From Eledone cirrhosa (taxonomy: Eukaryota): a stretch of DNA of 64,000 bases. The stretch spans positions 18,104,001 to 18,168,000 of the forward strand of contig OZ024764.1 in NCBI GenBank assembly GCA_964016885.1, read 5' to 3'. Numbering within the stretch: the stretch's first letter is position 1; every line of letters begins with the position of its first letter. This document shows positions 60,424-64,000 of the stretch, piece after piece. The notes beneath the pieces are model-generated. The model worked only from the letters and a program-made list of their open reading frames with translations, made no database searches and had not been told where the DNA came from. The translations under genes were made by a program, and so were the position numbers.

Positions 60424-60524
60424 TATTTATAAAACAAAGCTATTTTATCTGATGAGAGCGCACCATAATTTACCTTGGTCGCCCTTGAAATATATATAAT
60501 AAAATAAATATGGTTTTATAAATA
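60424..60524 (+). ncRNA. Type I hammerhead ribozyme motif with extended stem I (Penelope/retrozyme type)
   Basis: TATTTTAT-CTGATGA(60449)-stem II-GAAA(60487)-T-ATAT-A-TA^ATAAAATA; distal stem I TATTTATAAAAC / GTTTTATAAATA. Confidence 0.6.
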
Positions 60525-60638
60525 TAGTTTCTATTTATTAATATATTGTGTATTTACTCCACACCTGTTGAGTGCTTTATATCAGTTATAAAAACTTTTA
60601 AGCTTGTTGAATCCCAACAAATTAAATATAACCTCTGC

Positions 60639-60676
<38 letters not shown>

Positions 60677-60849
60677 CGTTTTTGAATTTGTTTTGCAAGA
60701 TTTCTTATCTGAAAACGTGTGTTGAAACAGATATTGTTATACTTTGGGAGGGTCATGTTACCAATAAAAACACACGCACCTGTTGCTTTTCACTTCAATT
60801 TATTATAAATTTCCGGTTGGTTCGATAACCAGATGGTTGTTTATATATT

Positions 60850-60892
60850 GTCAAAGCTCTTTCGTCACACATTCTGTGACCTCATCAGTGAC
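60850..60892 (-). ncRNA. Minimal hammerhead ribozyme motif inside a palindromic element (~60680-61060; sister copy ~37850-38150)
   Basis: - strand GTCA-CTGATGA-G-GTCAC-AGAATGT-GTGAC-GAAA-GAGC-TT-TGAC. Confidence 0.5.
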
Positions 60893-61330
60893 TAGGTTTC
60901 TATTTTGTGTCTGTCCTCTGTGTAGGAAAGAGCTTTGACAGTTTATAAACATTCATCCAGTTATTGAAGCAACCAACCGTAAATTTATAATAAATTGAAG
61001 TGAAAACCAACAGATGCGGGTGTTTTTATTGGCAACATGACCCTCCCAAAGTATAACAATATATATACATATTCTTTCTCCCTTCCATTATCTCTAGCCG
61101 AGGTTGACTTTACCTTTCATCCTTACGGGGTCGATAAAATAAAGTACCAGTAATGCACTGGGTAATTGCTGGCCTTGTGCCTAAAGTAGAAACAATTATC
61201 TCTATATCCTTCACTGGAAGAAATCTGCTGTATTTAGACCTGGAGATGGGCTCAACCAGGTTTTGTAATAACAGAAAAAAACGGTGACTTTGGTGGACTG
61301 GTTGATATCAAAAAAGTTTCTTTAAGAAAT

Positions 61331-62873
61331 ATTTATTTTTGTGTCTGTAAGCTGGTCTTTGGTCATCAGTGTGATTGGTATGGTTGAGTGGTCAGTCTAT
61401 GGTTTCCATAGATGGAATGACACAGTCCACCTCAGAGTACAACAACAAATTGGTACATTTCTGGACCTTGTTCCTTGTTTAAATCTCAGTCATATGCCTT
61501 CTTCATAGTTGTCTCTTGAAACATTTATCTACAATGAAATTATATGTATGTATATATAAGTTGTGGTGTGCGGGAGAGAAGACTGAGATGGTATAGACAT
61601 GTGAGGATGACCACTGGGTAAAGAAGTGCCAAGAAATGCCAGTTGAGGAAGACCACAAAAAACATGGGTGGAGGTGGTGAGAGCAGACCTCAGATTGCTG
61701 AAACTCACGGATGAGATGACGAAGGACCGTGACAAGTGGAGAGATGCTGTGCTGAATAGGACCCGTCCCACCTTTACAAGCAGGGAAAAGCGGGCGTAAA
61801 ATGATGATGATGATATATACATATACAATTATATATATATATATGAATTATGGTGTGTATGAAGTCATATAAAATATGTTTATGTACAATAAACAGACAA
61901 GAGGCTGGTTATGAATATTTTAAAGCTATGATCATGCCACAGCTATCTCTATCTCTATCCCAGTAATCATGTGAGTGTTTCTAGTATCTCTTCTCACCTA
62001 CCTTTATATTTAATGGGTGGCACATCACGCACGAGTCACAAATTCTGGAACCCTTGAACAGAAAGATATTGGTGCGGGTAGCTGATGGGTTACCTTCAGA
62101 TTTGAAGGGAAGCGGTGAGTGAATGACTGGGATAAGCTGCTATCTCTCTGTTGTTTTTCTTTATTTCCACTTCTGAAAGAAAGAGAGTTTGTGTGATAGA
62201 GGAGGGTTGACAGCAGGGAACCAGGTTTTGGTTAATTTTGGTGTTTCATCAGAGAGGAGAGGGAGAAAGTGAGAGAGATAGAGGGAGAGGGTGAGAGATA
62301 GAATGAAAGGAGAAGGTGAGAGATAGAGATGGAGAGATAAAATGAAAGGAGGGTGAGAGAAAATGAAAGGAGAGGGAGAGGAGAGTAGGAGATGCATAGA
62401 TGTGGGTAGATTTTAGTGTGTTGGTGTTTGTGGGGGTAGATTTGAAAGTGTGTCTGTGTGGGTAGATTTTGTGTGTTTGGGTAAAATGTTAGTGTGTGTG
62501 GGTAGATTTTAATGTGTGTGTCGGGGTAGATTTTAAAGTGTGTGTGGGTAGATTTTAGTGTGTGGGGGTAGATTTTAGTGTGTAGGTGTGGGTAGATTTT
62601 AGTGTGAGTGTGGGTAGATTTTAAAGTTTTGTATAAAAAGTCTTACCTTTGTAAAGTTTTTGGGAGAATATGTGGGCTGGGTTAGGGTTCTCTTAAGGTT
62701 GAATTGTAGGTTTTCTGGTCTCAGGGGAGAGATTTAGGGCACATATGTACTGGTTTCTCTGATGGGTGTACATTAGGGGACACATACCTGTCTCTTTGGA
62801 GGGGTAGGTAGGTACTGGTCTTTCTGAAGGGGTACACATTTAGAGTACAAAGGTACTGGTTTCTCTTTACACT
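61331..62873 (-). other. Possible 3' exons of a convergent spliced transcript (62647-62873?, 62094-62172, 61528 to ~61331)
   Basis: Canonical - strand acceptors/donors (ctttctttcag...aag|gtaacc; ttcattgtag; aaag|gtaaga) and a - strand AATAAA at ~61332-61337; coding status unclear. Confidence 0.35.
61560..61813 (+). mobile_element. RTE-clade LINE 3' end with (GAT)n tail; a - strand sister copy lies at ~44635-44800
   Basis: [41 protein letters not shown]. Confidence 0.8.
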
Positions 62874-63265
62874 CTGTAAAGTGGTAGTGTTGGTGTCATG
62901 ATAAAATACACCCAGTACATTCTGTAAAGTGGTAATACTGGTGACATGATAAAATACACCCAGTACACTCTGTAAAGTGGTAGTGTTGGTGTCATGATAA
63001 AATACACCCAGTACACTCTGTAAAATGGTAGTGTTGGTGTCATGATAAAATACACCCAGTACACTCTGTAAAATGGTAGTGCTGGTGTCATGATATAATA
63101 CACCCAGTACACTCTGTAAAGTGGTAGTGTTGGTGTCATGATAAAATACACCCAGTACACTCTGTAAAGTGGTGGTGCTGGTGACATGATATAATACACC
63201 CAGTACACTCTGTAAAGTGGTGGTACTGGTGACATGATATAATACACCCAGTACACTCTGTAAAA
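62869..63265. repeat. 48-bp minisatellite (about 8 copies) resembling a SINE body, followed by a SINE-type CCCATGCTAGC...(GAT)n tail
   Basis: ACACTCTGTAAAGTGGTAGTGTTGGTGTCATGATAAAATACACCCAGT resembles AAAAGCACCCAGC..ACACTGTAAAGTGG at ~21200. Confidence 0.85.
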
Positions 63266-63555
63266 TGCAACATATATGTAAGTGGGTAGCTAACTTACTC
63301 AGCGTGTTGTTGCAACCTGTCAGACCCATGCTAGCTGGGAAACCAACCATAAAATGATGATGATGATGATGATGTGCTTTTGTGATCCATTCATGAAAGG
63401 GGGGTGGGATCCCTGGCATCCTTTATTCTCACACTACCCTCTTTCCACCAGATGGAGCTGCAGGTTGGACACACCAACACCCTCCGCCACCCTCCATCCC
63501 TTATCTAAGATTGTGGTACCACTTGGCTTCTCCCTCATGTCAGGGTATACATATC

Positions 63556-63589
<34 letters not shown>

Positions 63590-63799
63590 GTGTGTGTGGT
63601 GTGTATATATGTATGTTTATATATATATATATGTATGTTTATATATATATATATGTGTGTGTATGTGTGTGTGAATATATATATATATATATATATGTGT
63701 GTATATATATTTATATATATATATGTATATATGTATATATATATATGTAGATATATATATATATATGTATATATATGTATATATATATATGTATGTAGA

Positions 63800-63834
<35 letters not shown>

Positions 63835-63937
63835 GTATGTACATATATATATGTATATATATATGTATGTATATATAAATGTATATATATATATATGTAT
63901 ATATAAATGTATATATATATATATGTATATATAAATG

Positions 63938-63970
<33 letters not shown>

Positions 63971-64000
63971 GTATGTATGTATATATAAATGTATATATAT

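Noticed and set aside
62721-63419. 232-aa - strand ORF with 16-aa repeats
   Set aside because: Open only because the 48-bp SINE-like unit is in frame; it begins in a (CAT)n SINE tail.

Overview
Eukaryotic, repeat-dense, microsatellite-rich DNA, not prokaryotic. The SINE/LINE families and (TA)n content suggest an octopod cephalopod; this is inference. Two multi-exon + strand genes reconstruct by hand with GT-AG introns and consistent phases. (1) The last 10 coding exons (8536-28685, ~368 aa) of an uncharacterised EHD/dynamin-superfamily P-loop NTPase with two C-terminal hydrophobic segments; its 5' exons lie upstream of the window. (2) A complete 14-exon CYLD deubiquitinase CDS (42798-56568, 818 aa), with a candidate promoter/5'UTR exon carrying a perfect kappaB site near 36.7 kb. 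A possible third, convergent spliced transcript ends near 61.3-62.9 kb on the - strand. Non-genic highlights: a three-level macrosatellite with Pol III A/B-box cassettes (1-8.4 kb); several minisatellites amplified from short internal segments of LINEs/SINEs with the parent element still flanking them; repeats that duplicate or supply splice signals; and many Penelope-type hairpins, some with hammerhead ribozyme cores. All coordinates and translations were read by eye. Nearly all ORFs in the supplied track are microsatellite artefacts.
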